DNA of 64,000 nucleotides from contig JBLGBD010000001.1 of NCBI GenBank assembly GCA_047617585.1, forward strand, positions 53,454-117,453, given 5' to 3'. Below are positions 19,513 to 29,880 of this stretch, piece by piece; the stretch's first letter is position 1; the number at the start of each line of letters is the position of its first letter. The position numbers were made by a program, and so were the translations under genes. This stretch comes from Pseudohongiellaceae bacterium (GTDB taxonomy: Bacteria; Pseudomonadota; Gammaproteobacteria; Pseudomonadales; Pseudohongiellaceae). A model generated the notes under the pieces. It searched no databases. It had not been told where the DNA came from and saw only the letters and a program-made list of their open reading frames with translations.

Positions 19513-20487
19513 GTGCCAGTCAGAATTTTAGTCAAAGTATGTGCCATCTTTGCCTGCAGCGTCTTTGGCGCTGGCTTTGGCCGGGCGCAAGAATTGGCCG
19601 AAAATAACCAATATCAGCGAGTAGAGGGTGTTTCCGGAACCCTCTCCAGCGCGGGTTCAGATACTCTGGCTAACCTGATGACTCTTTGGGCGACTGGCTT
19701 TAAACGCGAATACCCAAACGTTAATATTCAAATACAGGCGGCAGGGTCATCAACTGCGCCACCGGCATTGACTGAGCAAACTGCAAGCATTGGCCCCATG
19801 AGCCGAGCGATGAAGGACAATGAGCTACAGGCATTCGAGTCCCGCTATGGTTATAAGCCCACAGCGATTCCAGTAGCGTTGGATTCGTTAGCTGTTTATG
19901 TTCATCGCGATAACCCAATAGCAGGGTTAACCATTGCGCAGCTCGACGCAGTTTTCTCAGCCACTTTTCGCTGCGACAACAATGTGGCGGCTACAAGCTG
20001 GGGAGACTTAGGTGTTAAAGGGTTCTGGGAAGGGCAAAAAGTCCAGCTGTTTGGTCGAAATTCGGTGTCTGGCACTTATGGATATTTTAAGGAAGTTGCT
20101 TTGTGCGGCGGAGATTTTAAGAACACGGTAAACGAGCAGCCGGGTTCAGGCTCTGTGATTCAATCTATCAGCAATTCGCTAAACGGGATCGGCTATTCAG
20201 GTATTGGCTATAGAACCTCTGGAGTGAAAGCAGTGCCAATCGCTTTGGACTTGGATTCACCGTTTGTTGAAGCTAATTCAGTCAACTCCATGACCGGGGC
20301 ATACCCTCTCGCTCGTTACCTTTTGGTTTACATCAATAAAGCGCCCGATGTCCCTGTGCCTGAACTAGAAAGAGAGTTTATCCGCTATATTCTCTCGAGC
20401 AACGGGCAGGCAAGCGTACTTAAAGACGGCTACATTCCTTTGCCTGAATCGGTGATTCTCTCGACCTTGGCAAACCTTCAGGAGTAG
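19513..20487 (+). CDS. pstS: Phosphate ABC transporter substrate-binding protein
   Basis: Signal peptide, then [39 protein letters not shown] (PBP-like 2, PstS family). It is the first gene of the pst operon. The start codon is GTG. Confidence 0.85.
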   Translation: MPVRILVKVCAIFACSVFGAGFGRAQELAENNQYQRVEGVSGTLSSAGSDTLANLMTLWATGFKREYPNVNIQIQAAGSSTAPPALTEQTASIGPMSRAMKDNELQAFESRYGYKPTAIPVALDSLAVYVHRDNPIAGLTIAQLDAVFSATFRCDNNVAATSWGDLGVKGFWEGQKVQLFGRNSVSGTYGYFKEVALCGGDFKNTVNEQPGSGSVIQSISNSLNGIGYSGIGYRTSGVKAVPIALDLDSPFVEANSVNSMTGAYPLARYLLVYINKAPDVPVPELEREFIRYILSSNGQASVLKDGYIPLPESVILSTLANLQE

Positions 20488-20520
20488 TCCGCGAGTAAAA
20501 CGCGCCTAATACAAATTACC

Positions 20521-22824
20521 ATGACAAGTTTCAAGCCTCGCGCCAACAAACATCGCACTCAACCCACAGAGCGGCTTTTAGATACCCGTCATCGTCGTCA
20601 CTACTATGATCTATTTGCGAGCAAATTAATTGCTTTCAGCGGGATAGGGGTGATTGTGACAATTTCACTGATATTCGTCTATTTGCTGTACGAGATTTTA
20701 CCGCTGTTTAAATCCGCAACAGTCAATCAGCTATCTGAGTATCGAATCCCCGAGTTAGAAGAAACTACCCCGCTGCATTGGGCATTGAATGAACGCGGCC
20801 TTTCTGCTCTGCGACTGAGTTCAGCCGGCAGTGCCTTATTGCTAAACACGCTCACCGGCGATGTGCTCAACACACTGCCCTTGCCAATCGCGGCGGGCAG
20901 AACTGTTACTGCTTTTGCCTTAGACAACGACGAGTCGGGAATCTTCGCCCTTGGCTTGGATGATGGCAGTATTGTGGTGGCACAGTATTCATGGCAAGCA
21001 GATGTCTCAGGCCAAAGCAATTCACCACTAGCGACTGCAAAAATCGTTTCACTGTTCGAAGCGCCTGTTCAAGCTGATAGCCTTAGCGCGGTAGCAGGTT
21101 TAGCGATCAGATTTGTTGGCAACGCCTATCTAATAGCTGCAAGTCACAGTAATCAAGAATTTCAATTGCTGCAGTTAGAAGTCCCAATTGTTGCTCCGTC
21201 TCAGAATGAAAATGAATCATCGGCGCCAACTCGAGTGACGTTGGCAAAAGCGGTGAATACATCCATAGACACGCCAGGCCAGCTATTCATAGACGGTGAC
21301 GGTAGATTTCTGATTCAAGTTTCCGATGTTGGAATGGCATCTCTGTTTGACATCAAGGGCACCTTCACCGCGCAATCTCTTGAGCTCGTAAATCAGGTGA
21401 ACTTAAGGGGCGGCGAAAGCCAAATCACCAGCATCCACTTTCTAGTGGGTGAATTGTCATTGCTCGTCGCAACAGATTCCGGAGCTATAGCGCAGTGGTT
21501 TGTCGTTCGTGGTGCAGACGGGGCTGAATTAGTCCAGGTCAGAGAGTTTGAATTAGCAGATGTCGCTATTGTCAGCACTGCATCAGAACAGCGGCGCAAA
21601 AACTTTGCCGCCACAGACAGCGCAGGGAATTTGGCGCTATACAACACAACAGCCAATACAAGAGTATTTAACCAAGCGCTATTTGCAGCTCAGCCTAAAG
21701 CCTTAGTGATCTCGCCAAGAGGAACTCGACTTCTGGCCGAGTTGGAAAATAATAGTATTAGTTACTGGAGTGTCGACAATCCCCATCCCGAAGTGTCGTT
21801 CTCTGCACTGTGGAATCGTGTTTGGTATGAAAGTTATCCCCAGCCCGATTATATCTGGCAGTCGTCTTCGGCGAGCAATGACTTTGAGCCAAAGTTTTCA
21901 TTAGTGCCGCTCACTTTTGGCACATTAAAAGCGGCATTCTACGCTATGTTGTTTGCTTCACCGCTTGCTATCTGTGCGGCTATTTACACTGGGTACTTCA
22001 TGGCGCCTGCACTGCGCAGATCAGTAAAACCATTGATTGAATTGATGGAAGCACTGCCAACAGTTGTGCTGGGTTTTTTAGCGGGTTTGTGGCTGGCACC
22101 ATTCGTCGAATCCAATTTGCTGGGCATACTTAGTCTGTTGATATTTATGCCGCTTGGCATAGGTATTTGTAGTTTTCTGTGGTTTATTGCGCCCAAGCAG
22201 ATTCGACTGTGGCTGTCAGACGGCTGGGAAGCCATATTACTAATTCCAGTAATCATTGCGATTGTATCTATATCGCTAGCTTTAGGGTCGCCCTTGGAAT
22301 CTGCTTTCTTTGATGGCAGCTTGCAGGGCTGGCTAAATCAGCAGTACGGGATTAGCTACAATGAGCGTAATGCCATGATAGTGGGTTTTGCCATGGGTTT
22401 TGCTGTGATTCCTACGATTTACTCTATCGCAGAAGACGCTATTTTTAGCGTGCCTAGGCATTTAAGTGATGGCTCCCTTGCGCTGGGTGCTACTGCTTGG
22501 CAGTCGTTGTTCTATGTGGTGTTGCCTATGGCTAGCCCCGGAATTTTCAGTGCAGTAATGATTGGTTTAGGCCGTGCGGTTGGCGAGACTATGATCGTTC
22601 TGATGGCAACCGGAAATACGCCAGTTATCGATTTCAGCCTGTTCGAGGGAATGCGGACACTCGCAGCCAACATCGCGGTGGAAGTGCCAGAGTCTGAAGT
22701 TGGCAGCAGCCATTATCGGATTCTATTTCTTGCGGCAATGTGCCTTTTTCTGTTCACATTTATAGTCAACACACTGGCCGAGATAGTAAGGCAAAGACTG
22801 AGGCGGAAATACATTAATTTATGA
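20521..22824 (+). CDS. pstC: Phosphate ABC transporter permease PstC, long form with a ~450-aa N-terminal extension
   Basis: The C-terminal ~300 aa carry the PstC permease core (EALPTVVLGFLAGLW..., GATAWQSLFYVVLPMASPGIFSAVMIGLGRAVGETM). The N-terminal region has repeated blade-like strands. Confidence 0.85.
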   Translation: MTSFKPRANKHRTQPTERLLDTRHRRHYYDLFASKLIAFSGIGVIVTISLIFVYLLYEILPLFKSATVNQLSEYRIPELEETTPLHWALNERGLSALRLSSAGSALLLNTLTGDVLNTLPLPIAAGRTVTAFALDNDESGIFALGLDDGSIVVAQYSWQADVSGQSNSPLATAKIVSLFEAPVQADSLSAVAGLAIRFVGNAYLIAASHSNQEFQLLQLEVPIVAPSQNENESSAPTRVTLAKAVNTSIDTPGQLFIDGDGRFLIQVSDVGMASLFDIKGTFTAQSLELVNQVNLRGGESQITSIHFLVGELSLLVATDSGAIAQWFVVRGADGAELVQVREFELADVAIVSTASEQRRKNFAATDSAGNLALYNTTANTRVFNQALFAAQPKALVISPRGTRLLAELENNSISYWSVDNPHPEVSFSALWNRVWYESYPQPDYIWQSSSASNDFEPKFSLVPLTFGTLKAAFYAMLFASPLAICAAIYTGYFMAPALRRSVKPLIELMEALPTVVLGFLAGLWLAPFVESNLLGILSLLIFMPLGIGICSFLWFIAPKQIRLWLSDGWEAILLIPVIIAIVSISLALGSPLESAFFDGSLQGWLNQQYGISYNERNAMIVGFAMGFAVIPTIYSIAEDAIFSVPRHLSDGSLALGATAWQSLFYVVLPMASPGIFSAVMIGLGRAVGETMIVLMATGNTPVIDFSLFEGMRTLAANIAVEVPESEVGSSHYRILFLAAMCLFLFTFIVNTLAEIVRQRLRRKYINL

Positions 22825-24512
22825 CTAATCGCCTATTGAAATGGAGCAGTAGTGGCCTGCCTTGGATTTGGATAAGTGCCGCATGCGTTGCCACCAGCCT
22901 TCTAATGGTAGTTGGGATTATTGCGTTGCTGGCATTCAGGGGGGTGGGTCATTTCTGGCCTGCTGACGTTGTCCAGGCCAATTATTCAGTAGAATCTGAC
23001 GCCGGCGACGTGTTGCTGGAAGAAGTAGTTGGAGAGTTGATTGATACTGAAACAGTAAGTGCGCAGCAAGTTACCGCAACCGGGATTCGTCTTAACCCCG
23101 GCGCAGATGTTGTGCAAAGACAATTGCTGAAGCTTGGCAATCGAGATATTACCGGGACTGATTTCGCATGGCTGATCAGCGATTTCTTAATCGATATTCG
23201 CTATCCAGTGGACGTAGTCACTCTCGAGCGAACAGAGTGGGGTAATTTCTACGGATTTTTGACGACTGTTTCGGAAAGCGGCCAGAGAGTCGCTGATCGA
23301 GACTCGGTAGAGTTTAACCAATTGTGGCAGGAGTTTAGTACTCGGCTGTCCCTGGTTAGGGATATCCAGGATCAAATCGATGAAATTGAAACTAGACAAT
23401 TGGCGGATATTAACTACCGCATGCAGTCATTGCTCCGAGAAGGAAAAAACAGTCTAGGTGCGAGTGGGGATACTGCTGGCGATTTGGCAACGCTGTCATC
23501 GATGAGAAATGTGCTTGACTCGGAGTATGAGATTCTCAGGCTGCGACTGCTTAGTTTGGAAGCACAAGCAGCGCAGTATTCAGCCGAATTTATGGCGGCC
23601 AATGGCGATGCGGTGACGATTGCTATGATTGATATAGTCAGGGCGTATTTGCCCAATAAGTTAACCCTAGCGGGCAAGCTAGATGTATTTTTCTCGAGAA
23701 TAGCAGAGTTTTTGACCGCCCAGCCGAGAGAGGCGAATACAGAAGGCGGTGTTTACCCCGCAATTTTTGGCACAGTCATGATGGTGCTGTTAATGTCGGT
23801 CATCGTCACGCCCCTTGGAGTGATTGCAGCGGTTTATTTGCGCGAATATGCCCGCCAAGGTTTTTTCACCCAGCTAGTTAGAGTCGCTGTAAATAATTTG
23901 GCCGGTGTGCCTTCGATTGTTTATGGGGTGTTCGGGCTCGGTTTTTTTGTCTATTTCGTTGGAGCGGAGATTGATCAAGGGTTCTATAGCGAAAACTTGC
24001 CCTCGCCAACGTTTGGCACGCCGGGGCTGCTTTGGGCTTCTTTAACCTTGGCCTTGCTAACCGTGCCAGTTGTAATTGTCGCCACTGAGGAGGGGTTGGC
24101 AAGAATTCCCGCTTCAGTGCGTGAGGGAAGCCTTGCACTTGGCGCCACAAAATTTGAGACCCTATGGCGGGTGGTGTTGCCCATGGCCAGCCCGGCGATG
24201 ATGACTGGCCTAATTTTGGCGGTTGCTCGGGCGGCCGGTGAGGTTGCTCCACTGATGCTCGTAGGGGTTGTGAAACTAGCGCCAAGTCTGCCAGTTGACC
24301 GATATTATCCGTATTTGCATTTGGACCAAAAGTTTATGCATTTAGGCTTTCATATTTATGACGTGGCCTTTCAAAGCCCCAATATCGAAGCCGCGACGCC
24401 TTTAGTTTTCGCAACTGCATTCTTATTAGTAACAGTAATTGCTACACTGAACATCGGCGCAGTAGCGCTGCGAAATCATTTACGAGAAAAGTACAAGTCA
24501 TTGGATGTATAA
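22821..24512 (+). CDS. pstA: Phosphate ABC transporter permease PstA, long form
   Basis: ATGA overlap with pstC. The permease core has GSLALGATKFETLWRVVLPMASPAMMTGLILAVARAAGE. A large loop is inserted after TM1. Confidence 0.85.
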   Translation: MTNRLLKWSSSGLPWIWISAACVATSLLMVVGIIALLAFRGVGHFWPADVVQANYSVESDAGDVLLEEVVGELIDTETVSAQQVTATGIRLNPGADVVQRQLLKLGNRDITGTDFAWLISDFLIDIRYPVDVVTLERTEWGNFYGFLTTVSESGQRVADRDSVEFNQLWQEFSTRLSLVRDIQDQIDEIETRQLADINYRMQSLLREGKNSLGASGDTAGDLATLSSMRNVLDSEYEILRLRLLSLEAQAAQYSAEFMAANGDAVTIAMIDIVRAYLPNKLTLAGKLDVFFSRIAEFLTAQPREANTEGGVYPAIFGTVMMVLLMSVIVTPLGVIAAVYLREYARQGFFTQLVRVAVNNLAGVPSIVYGVFGLGFFVYFVGAEIDQGFYSENLPSPTFGTPGLLWASLTLALLTVPVVIVATEEGLARIPASVREGSLALGATKFETLWRVVLPMASPAMMTGLILAVARAAGEVAPLMLVGVVKLAPSLPVDRYYPYLHLDQKFMHLGFHIYDVAFQSPNIEAATPLVFATAFLLVTVIATLNIGAVALRNHLREKYKSLDV

Positions 24513-24533
24513 GTTTAGTTGCCGTGATTATCT

Positions 24534-25388
24534 ATGAACAAGTCATCAAAAATAACTAGTGTAGCGCCGCTTAGCGATGAAGCAAGCACTGCGCTGCCAA
24601 AGCGCGAGTTGAATAATCCTGCTGAGGGGCTTCCCAGCTGCCTGGCAGTGGAGAATTTATCGTTAGTCTATACCTCTGGCAACAAGGCTTTGAATTCCAT
24701 AAATCTGACTATCCCAAAACAACAGGTCACTGCGTTCATTGGACCCAGTGGCTGCGGAAAATCCAGTCTGCTTCGTTGCTTTAACCGCTTGAATGACTTG
24801 ATTGATGACTGTGTCATTAGCGGCTCGATAAAGCTGGATGGCGAGGATATCTATGCAAAATCAGTTGATGTTGCTGAGCTGAGGCGCAGGGTCGGTATGG
24901 TGTTTCAAAAACCGAATCCATTTCCGAAATCAATTTATGAAAACGTGGCCTATGGACTTCGCATCCAAGGAATAAACTCAAAGAGGCGGTTGGACGAAAT
25001 AGTCGAAGAGTCGCTTCAAGCTGCGGCATTGTGGGACGAAGTCAAAGACCGGCTGCATGAAAATGCGATGAGTCTTTCGGGTGGTCAGCAGCAGCGTTTG
25101 GTGATTGCGAGAACGATCGCAGTAGAGCCGGAAGTGTTATTGCTAGACGAACCGGCGTCAGCCCTTGATCCAATTTCTACTTTAAAAATTGAAGAGCTAA
25201 TTACAGAGTTAAAAGAGAGCTACACCATTGTTATCGTAACTCACAATATGCAGCAAGCCGCAAGAGTGTCAGATTTTACGGCGTTTCTAAATATGGGTGA
25301 CATGGTTGAATTTGACACGACAGACCGGCTATTTACCAACCCGTCGGAGAAACAAACAGAGGATTACATTACCGGGCGCTATGGCTAG
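24534..25388 (+). CDS. pstB: Phosphate ABC transporter ATP-binding protein
   Basis: [18 protein letters not shown] and [12 protein letters not shown] motifs, plus the PstB-typical tail ([18 protein letters not shown]). Confidence 0.95.
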   Translation: MNKSSKITSVAPLSDEASTALPKRELNNPAEGLPSCLAVENLSLVYTSGNKALNSINLTIPKQQVTAFIGPSGCGKSSLLRCFNRLNDLIDDCVISGSIKLDGEDIYAKSVDVAELRRRVGMVFQKPNPFPKSIYENVAYGLRIQGINSKRRLDEIVEESLQAAALWDEVKDRLHENAMSLSGGQQQRLVIARTIAVEPEVLLLDEPASALDPISTLKIEELITELKESYTIVIVTHNMQQAARVSDFTAFLNMGDMVEFDTTDRLFTNPSEKQTEDYITGRYG

Positions 25389-25431
25389 TTTGCTATAGGT
25401 CGGTATAGGACTAATTAATAAAGGAGTAATT

Positions 25432-26148
25432 ATGGGGTCGCAGGCAGAAGGGCATAGCTTACACATCTCCCAACAATTCAATGCTGACCTTGAAGAGGTT
25501 AAAGGGCATATGATGGAAATGGGCGGAATGGTTGAACGCCAACTCGCTGATGCGCTGGAGTCTGTGATTTCAGCAGACAGTAGTTTGGGCTTGAAAGTTG
25601 CTAAAGACGATGACGAAATCGATTCCATGGAAATGCAAATAGACGAAGAGTGTAATTTGATTATTGCCAGGCGCCAACCTGCGGCGAGTGATTTGCGGCT
25701 GGTGCTCGCAATAATTAAAACAATTCGGGATTTAGAGCGGATAGGCGATGAGGCATCTAAGATCGCCAGGACAGCTGTTAAGCTTTCTGAAGAAGGAGAA
25801 TTTCCTTCATTGTTTGTCGAATTTAAGAATATTGGTAACAAAGTTCAAAAAATGGTCAGCATGTCATTAGATGCCTTCGCTCGGTTTGATGCCGAAGCTG
25901 CGGCCGAAATTACCAAAGCTGATTTAGAAGTAGACATGGAGTATAGAAGCGCTATGCGGTCCATGATTACTCACATGATGGAAGATCCTCGCAGCATAAC
26001 CAGAGTTCTAAATATACTGTGGGCGTTGCGGGCGCTAGAGCGAATCGGCGACCACGCGAATAATATCTCTGAACACGTAGTCTATCTTGTAAAAGGGAAA
26101 GACATCAGGCATGAAAAACCGGAGAAGCCGGATAATTATATCGACTAG
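25432..26148 (+). CDS. phoU: Phosphate signalling complex protein PhoU
   Basis: Two PhoU repeats, each with an E(R)IGD motif (DLERIGDEASKIA and ALERIGDHANNISE). Confidence 0.95.
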   Translation: MGSQAEGHSLHISQQFNADLEEVKGHMMEMGGMVERQLADALESVISADSSLGLKVAKDDDEIDSMEMQIDEECNLIIARRQPAASDLRLVLAIIKTIRDLERIGDEASKIARTAVKLSEEGEFPSLFVEFKNIGNKVQKMVSMSLDAFARFDAEAAAEITKADLEVDMEYRSAMRSMITHMMEDPRSITRVLNILWALRALERIGDHANNISEHVVYLVKGKDIRHEKPEKPDNYID

Positions 26149-26197
26149 AGGCTACTGAAGTTTCGTGGTTACGAAGAGTTTAGTGGATAGGAACAGT

Positions 26198-27553
26198 TTA
26201 TATATCAGTGGTTTCTAGTTGGTGCTGATCTGACTTGTCGATCGCGCTGACTTCATTTACCTTCCGCGAAATAGGAATCTTGCAGATAAAATTGCTGCCG
26301 CGTCCAAGTTCACTTTCAATCACCAACTCACCGTCATGCCTTGCAACAATGTGTTTCACAATGGCCAAGCCCAGTCCCGTTCCGCCAGTTTCCGAAGAGC
26401 GGCTTGAGTCCACTCGGTAAAACCTCTCTGTGAGTCTTGGAATATGCTGCGACTCAATACCAATGCCGTTGTCAATCACCTCGATTAGGATATGGCTTTT
26501 GTTTTCAGATGCTTTAACTACAATTACTCCATCTTCGGGTGTGTACTTTGCCGAGTTAACAGCGAGGTTTGAGATAGCGCTGTATAGCTCGCTCCTAACT
26601 CCTTTTAATTTCAGGCCGACAGGGCAGTCGATAATAAATTCATGGGAGCGCTTTTGAAAAATGCTTTGAGTGTCATTTTTGATTTCAGCGAACAGTTTTG
26701 CTAGATCAATAATATCTTGATGTTTCGTAAGGGTGCGGGTTTCCAATGTGGACAGCATTAACAGGTCCCTAACGATTGCTTCCATGCGATTGGACTGCTG
26801 GTGCATCTGTATCATTGGTTTGCGCCATCTTTCTTCAAGGCCATCGATGTTGTCTATAATAGCCTCTAAATAACCCTTGATCACGGTAATAGGAGTGCCC
26901 AATTCATGGGATACATTGCCGACGAAGTCTTTGCGCATCAACTCCAGCCTATGCAGTTGAGTGATGTCTCTTACTATCATTAAGCGCTCGTGCTCGCCAA
27001 ACAGGGCTATTTGATACTCGAGCATTTTACGGCTGTCGCCAGGGGCGCTAATCTTTAGGGGTTCGTCGTAGATTTCCGTGTGGAAATACTCAGCAAACCT
27101 TGGATTGCGGATTAGATTAGTTACTGGCAACTTGCGGTCTTGGGGGTACTTAAGGCCCAACATAGATTCGCTAGCCCGGTTCCACCAGTCTAAGTTGTTC
27201 TGCTTGTCGATGACAATGACTGCCATTTCAAGGGCAGCGGAGGACTCTTGGGCTTTGTTAATTATGTTTTCTAGGTAGGCGCTGGCTTTGCGCTCTTGTT
27301 TCTGGAGGCGGTAAATCCCGTCGAAAATATCTCCCCACAAACCAAAGCTTTCAGGGGGGGCGGAATCTGAAGCCGAAGGCGCTTGCTCCAACCAGCTGTA
27401 CATGCGGTATAGCTGAAACAGGTTATGAACCGAATATATCAGCAGCGCAATCGTCAAAATGGGCGCCAATTGCCCGCTAATTATGCCTACCGCTGCGACC
27501 GCTGCCAAAATAAGCAGTAAGCGTTTTATTTCCTTGCGCCAGTTTTGCAACAA
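26198..27553 (-). CDS. phoR: Phosphate regulon sensor histidine kinase
   Basis: Two N-terminal TM helices, a PAS-like region, the H-box FVGNVSHELGTPITVIKGYLE and HATPase motifs (DNGIGI, GGTGLGLAIVKH). It sits next to pst-phoU. Confidence 0.85.
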   Translation of the reverse strand: MLQNWRKEIKRLLLILAAVAAVGIISGQLAPILTIALLIYSVHNLFQLYRMYSWLEQAPSASDSAPPESFGLWGDIFDGIYRLQKQERKASAYLENIINKAQESSAALEMAVIVIDKQNNLDWWNRASESMLGLKYPQDRKLPVTNLIRNPRFAEYFHTEIYDEPLKISAPGDSRKMLEYQIALFGEHERLMIVRDITQLHRLELMRKDFVGNVSHELGTPITVIKGYLEAIIDNIDGLEERWRKPMIQMHQQSNRMEAIVRDLLMLSTLETRTLTKHQDIIDLAKLFAEIKNDTQSIFQKRSHEFIIDCPVGLKLKGVRSELYSAISNLAVNSAKYTPEDGVIVVKASENKSHILIEVIDNGIGIESQHIPRLTERFYRVDSSRSSETGGTGLGLAIVKHIVARHDGELVIESELGRGSNFICKIPISRKVNEVSAIDKSDQHQLETTDI

Positions 27554-27839
27554 TTAAAGCCTTTTTAGATAAATTTACGGGAAATTTAGTGAAGCTAGCA
27601 ACTAAACCCAAGCCTTTTTCGTCTTATCAGGGTAACAATGCTGTATTGTAATCTGATGACACCTGCATCGCTATGCCTTCTTTTTGTCCTTAAACCTCCT
27701 TTTTAAATCGGTTTTAGAGTTAAATAAGGCGGTTTTGGGGTGGAAATCACATATTATTGAATCTATCTGATGAGTATTTTGTAGCAACTGTTATTATGCC
27801 GCCCCGTAACACCCACTGAAATTTTTTTGGAAAAAAATT

Positions 27840-28910
27840 ATGACTATGCGTCGAACCATTCAATCCCTATTAGCACTTTCATTGCCTTTTGTTGCTGCGA
27901 CTTCAAATGGTGAGGAGGGCCAGTTCTATATCGCACCCGGCCTGCAGTGGATGGAATTTGATAACACGGTGAACCTTGATAACGATACAGGCTACTTTCT
28001 GGGTTTAGGTTATGATTTTACCGACCGTCTAAGCGCGGAATTCAGCATCTTTGATTTGGATCCCGAGCTTCCTAACAACACCCAAGTTGAGATTGATCAT
28101 TGGAAGGTAAATGCCTTTTACAGCTTTGATACCAAAATTGCGGGTTTTACACCCTTTATAGTAGGTGGTGTCGGCAATACGCGATTTGAAGCTGATAACG
28201 AAATGACGTTTGACTACGGTGCTGGCCTTAAAATCGAAATCACTAAGAATTTAGAGTGGAGAACTGCGGTTCGAAACTACAACTACTTAGACCGTGATTT
28301 TGAAGATTCTGACTTCGGCATAGATTCTGCTTTAGTTTTTCGTTTCGGCGGCAAAGCGGGTCCTAGCACAGCTTCACGTCCCTCAGCGCCTAGTGCTCCA
28401 GCAGCGCCAGCAAGAGAAGAAGCGCCAGCGGTAACCATTGCTGATGCTGACCAAGACGGTGTAGCTGATTCTGCTGATCGATGCCCAGAGACTCCAAGAA
28501 ACTACGCAGTAGATAGCTCTGGTTGTCCGATCCCAGTTGAAGAAGTTGCTCGAGTTGAGCTGGAAGTTTATTTCGACTTCGATCAATCTGAAGTCAAAGC
28601 CGAGTATTTTGATGAAATCAAGGAAGTGACAGATTTTATGGCACAGTATCCTGACGTAATCATTGAGCTTGAAGGTCATACCGATTCACGTGGCGCTGAG
28701 GCTTACAACCTAGCTTTGTCTGACCGCCGAGCCGCTGCTGTAAGACAAGTAATGATTAGCCGATTCGGCATGGTTGGATCTCGAATCAGCAGCAATGGAT
28801 TCGGTGAAACTCAGCCGATTGCTTCGAATGACACAGACGCGGGTCGCGCCGATAATCGTCGAGTAATGACAGTTATCATTAAAACCCTGCAAAACTATCG
28901 TCCTCGCTAG
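27840..28910 (+). CDS. OprF/OmpA-family outer membrane protein
   Basis: Signal peptide and an N-terminal beta-barrel-like region. A Pro/Ala-rich linker (PSAPSAPAAPA) and a TSP3-type Ca-binding motif (DADQDGVADSADRCPETP) follow. The C-terminal OmpA-like domain has ELEGHTDSRG, NLALSDRRAAAV and DNRRV. Confidence 0.88.
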   Translation: MTMRRTIQSLLALSLPFVAATSNGEEGQFYIAPGLQWMEFDNTVNLDNDTGYFLGLGYDFTDRLSAEFSIFDLDPELPNNTQVEIDHWKVNAFYSFDTKIAGFTPFIVGGVGNTRFEADNEMTFDYGAGLKIEITKNLEWRTAVRNYNYLDRDFEDSDFGIDSALVFRFGGKAGPSTASRPSAPSAPAAPAREEAPAVTIADADQDGVADSADRCPETPRNYAVDSSGCPIPVEEVARVELEVYFDFDQSEVKAEYFDEIKEVTDFMAQYPDVIIELEGHTDSRGAEAYNLALSDRRAAAVRQVMISRFGMVGSRISSNGFGETQPIASNDTDAGRADNRRVMTVIIKTLQNYRPR

Positions 28911-28919
28911 TTAAGTGCC

Positions 28920-28953
28920 ATGAGGCGGCGACACATGTCGCCGCCTCATTTTT
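28920..28953 (+). terminator. Rho-independent terminator after the ompA-family gene
   Basis: Perfect 13-bp stem ATGAGGCGGCGAC/GTCGCCGCCTCAT with loop ACAT, followed by a T-run. Confidence 0.85.
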
Positions 28954-29000
28954 AGTTCTCCGCAGTTTCCTGTTTTTTACCTTAGGTAGTTTCGTTTTTC

Positions 29001-29528
29001 GTGATACCGCTCTCGCCTGACATTTCCGATGCTGCTATGCATTGGGATCCCATTACGGGTAGTAAACTTTCGCCTGAGAGCCCTTGGTGGCCTTGGGTAA
29101 GTGATCCTGGCTCATTGACCAAGCGTTTGAAAGCACAAAGTGATGGAAAATTTGCGGTTCAAGTAGACGTCGAACAGTGGCGATCTGACTTGCCACTTGC
29201 AGTGCGATCATTGTTTGGGCCGCTAGCTGCGACTCATCAATTTTGGTCTCGAAAAGTGACGCTGCTGGGCTGCGACACGCCGTGGGTGAAAGCTCATACC
29301 CTCATTCCTGCACACAGTTTGTTGAGCCCACTAAAAACAGTGATGGAATTAAAAAATCAACCGCTGGGGGAGTATCTGTTCGACCATCCGGATTTGGTCC
29401 GTGGAGCAATGGATGTGACCCTACTGGGCAGAGACATATGGGGGCGTCGAAGCCTTTTTTATCTTTTTGGTAAGCCGATTCTTGTTGCTGAATTTTTTCT
29501 TCCGGCGCTGCTTGAAAAATCAATGTAA
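29001..29528 (+). CDS. ubiC: Chorismate pyruvate-lyase
   Basis: Size and motifs resemble UbiC (SDPGSLTKRLK..., QPLGEYLF). The start codon is GTG. No ubiA is adjacent. Confidence 0.65.
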   Translation: MIPLSPDISDAAMHWDPITGSKLSPESPWWPWVSDPGSLTKRLKAQSDGKFAVQVDVEQWRSDLPLAVRSLFGPLAATHQFWSRKVTLLGCDTPWVKAHTLIPAHSLLSPLKTVMELKNQPLGEYLFDHPDLVRGAMDVTLLGRDIWGRRSLFYLFGKPILVAEFFLPALLEKSM

Positions 29529-29880
29529 AGCTTTGTCTTAGTTTGATCAAAAATTGGTCAGCCACTTGTGCATAGATTGAATTTAGTGGCCTACATTTTG
29601 GGGCAATAATTTTTTTGTGAAGTAGATCAACTAATTTTTAGTAATTGGTTCTAAAAATTCGTATTTTAAAAATAAAGTTCTATACTTTATTTAAATAAGA
29701 GAAGCTGCTTTTGAAACATTTTAGAACTGCAAAGCAAGTAAATCAGAAATAGCAGTCACTTAAAGCAACTCAGACAAAATCAAGCAGTAACACTATAACT
29801 TGGGGCTATAGCCTACTTAACCCTTCGATTCTGGCTCTACCAGCCGGATTCGTTGGGATCAAGGATAAAAAGGTATTAAT

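Noticed and set aside
23878-24285. 135-aa minus-strand ORF inside pstA
   Set aside because: It is antisense to the conserved PstA permease core, and its Pro/Arg/Gln-rich composition is typical of antisense translation.
25329-25841. 170-aa ORF on the minus strand
   Set aside because: It lies entirely antisense to the strongly supported phoU and the end of pstB. Its composition is Ser/Ile-rich and low-complexity, typical of a shadow ORF.
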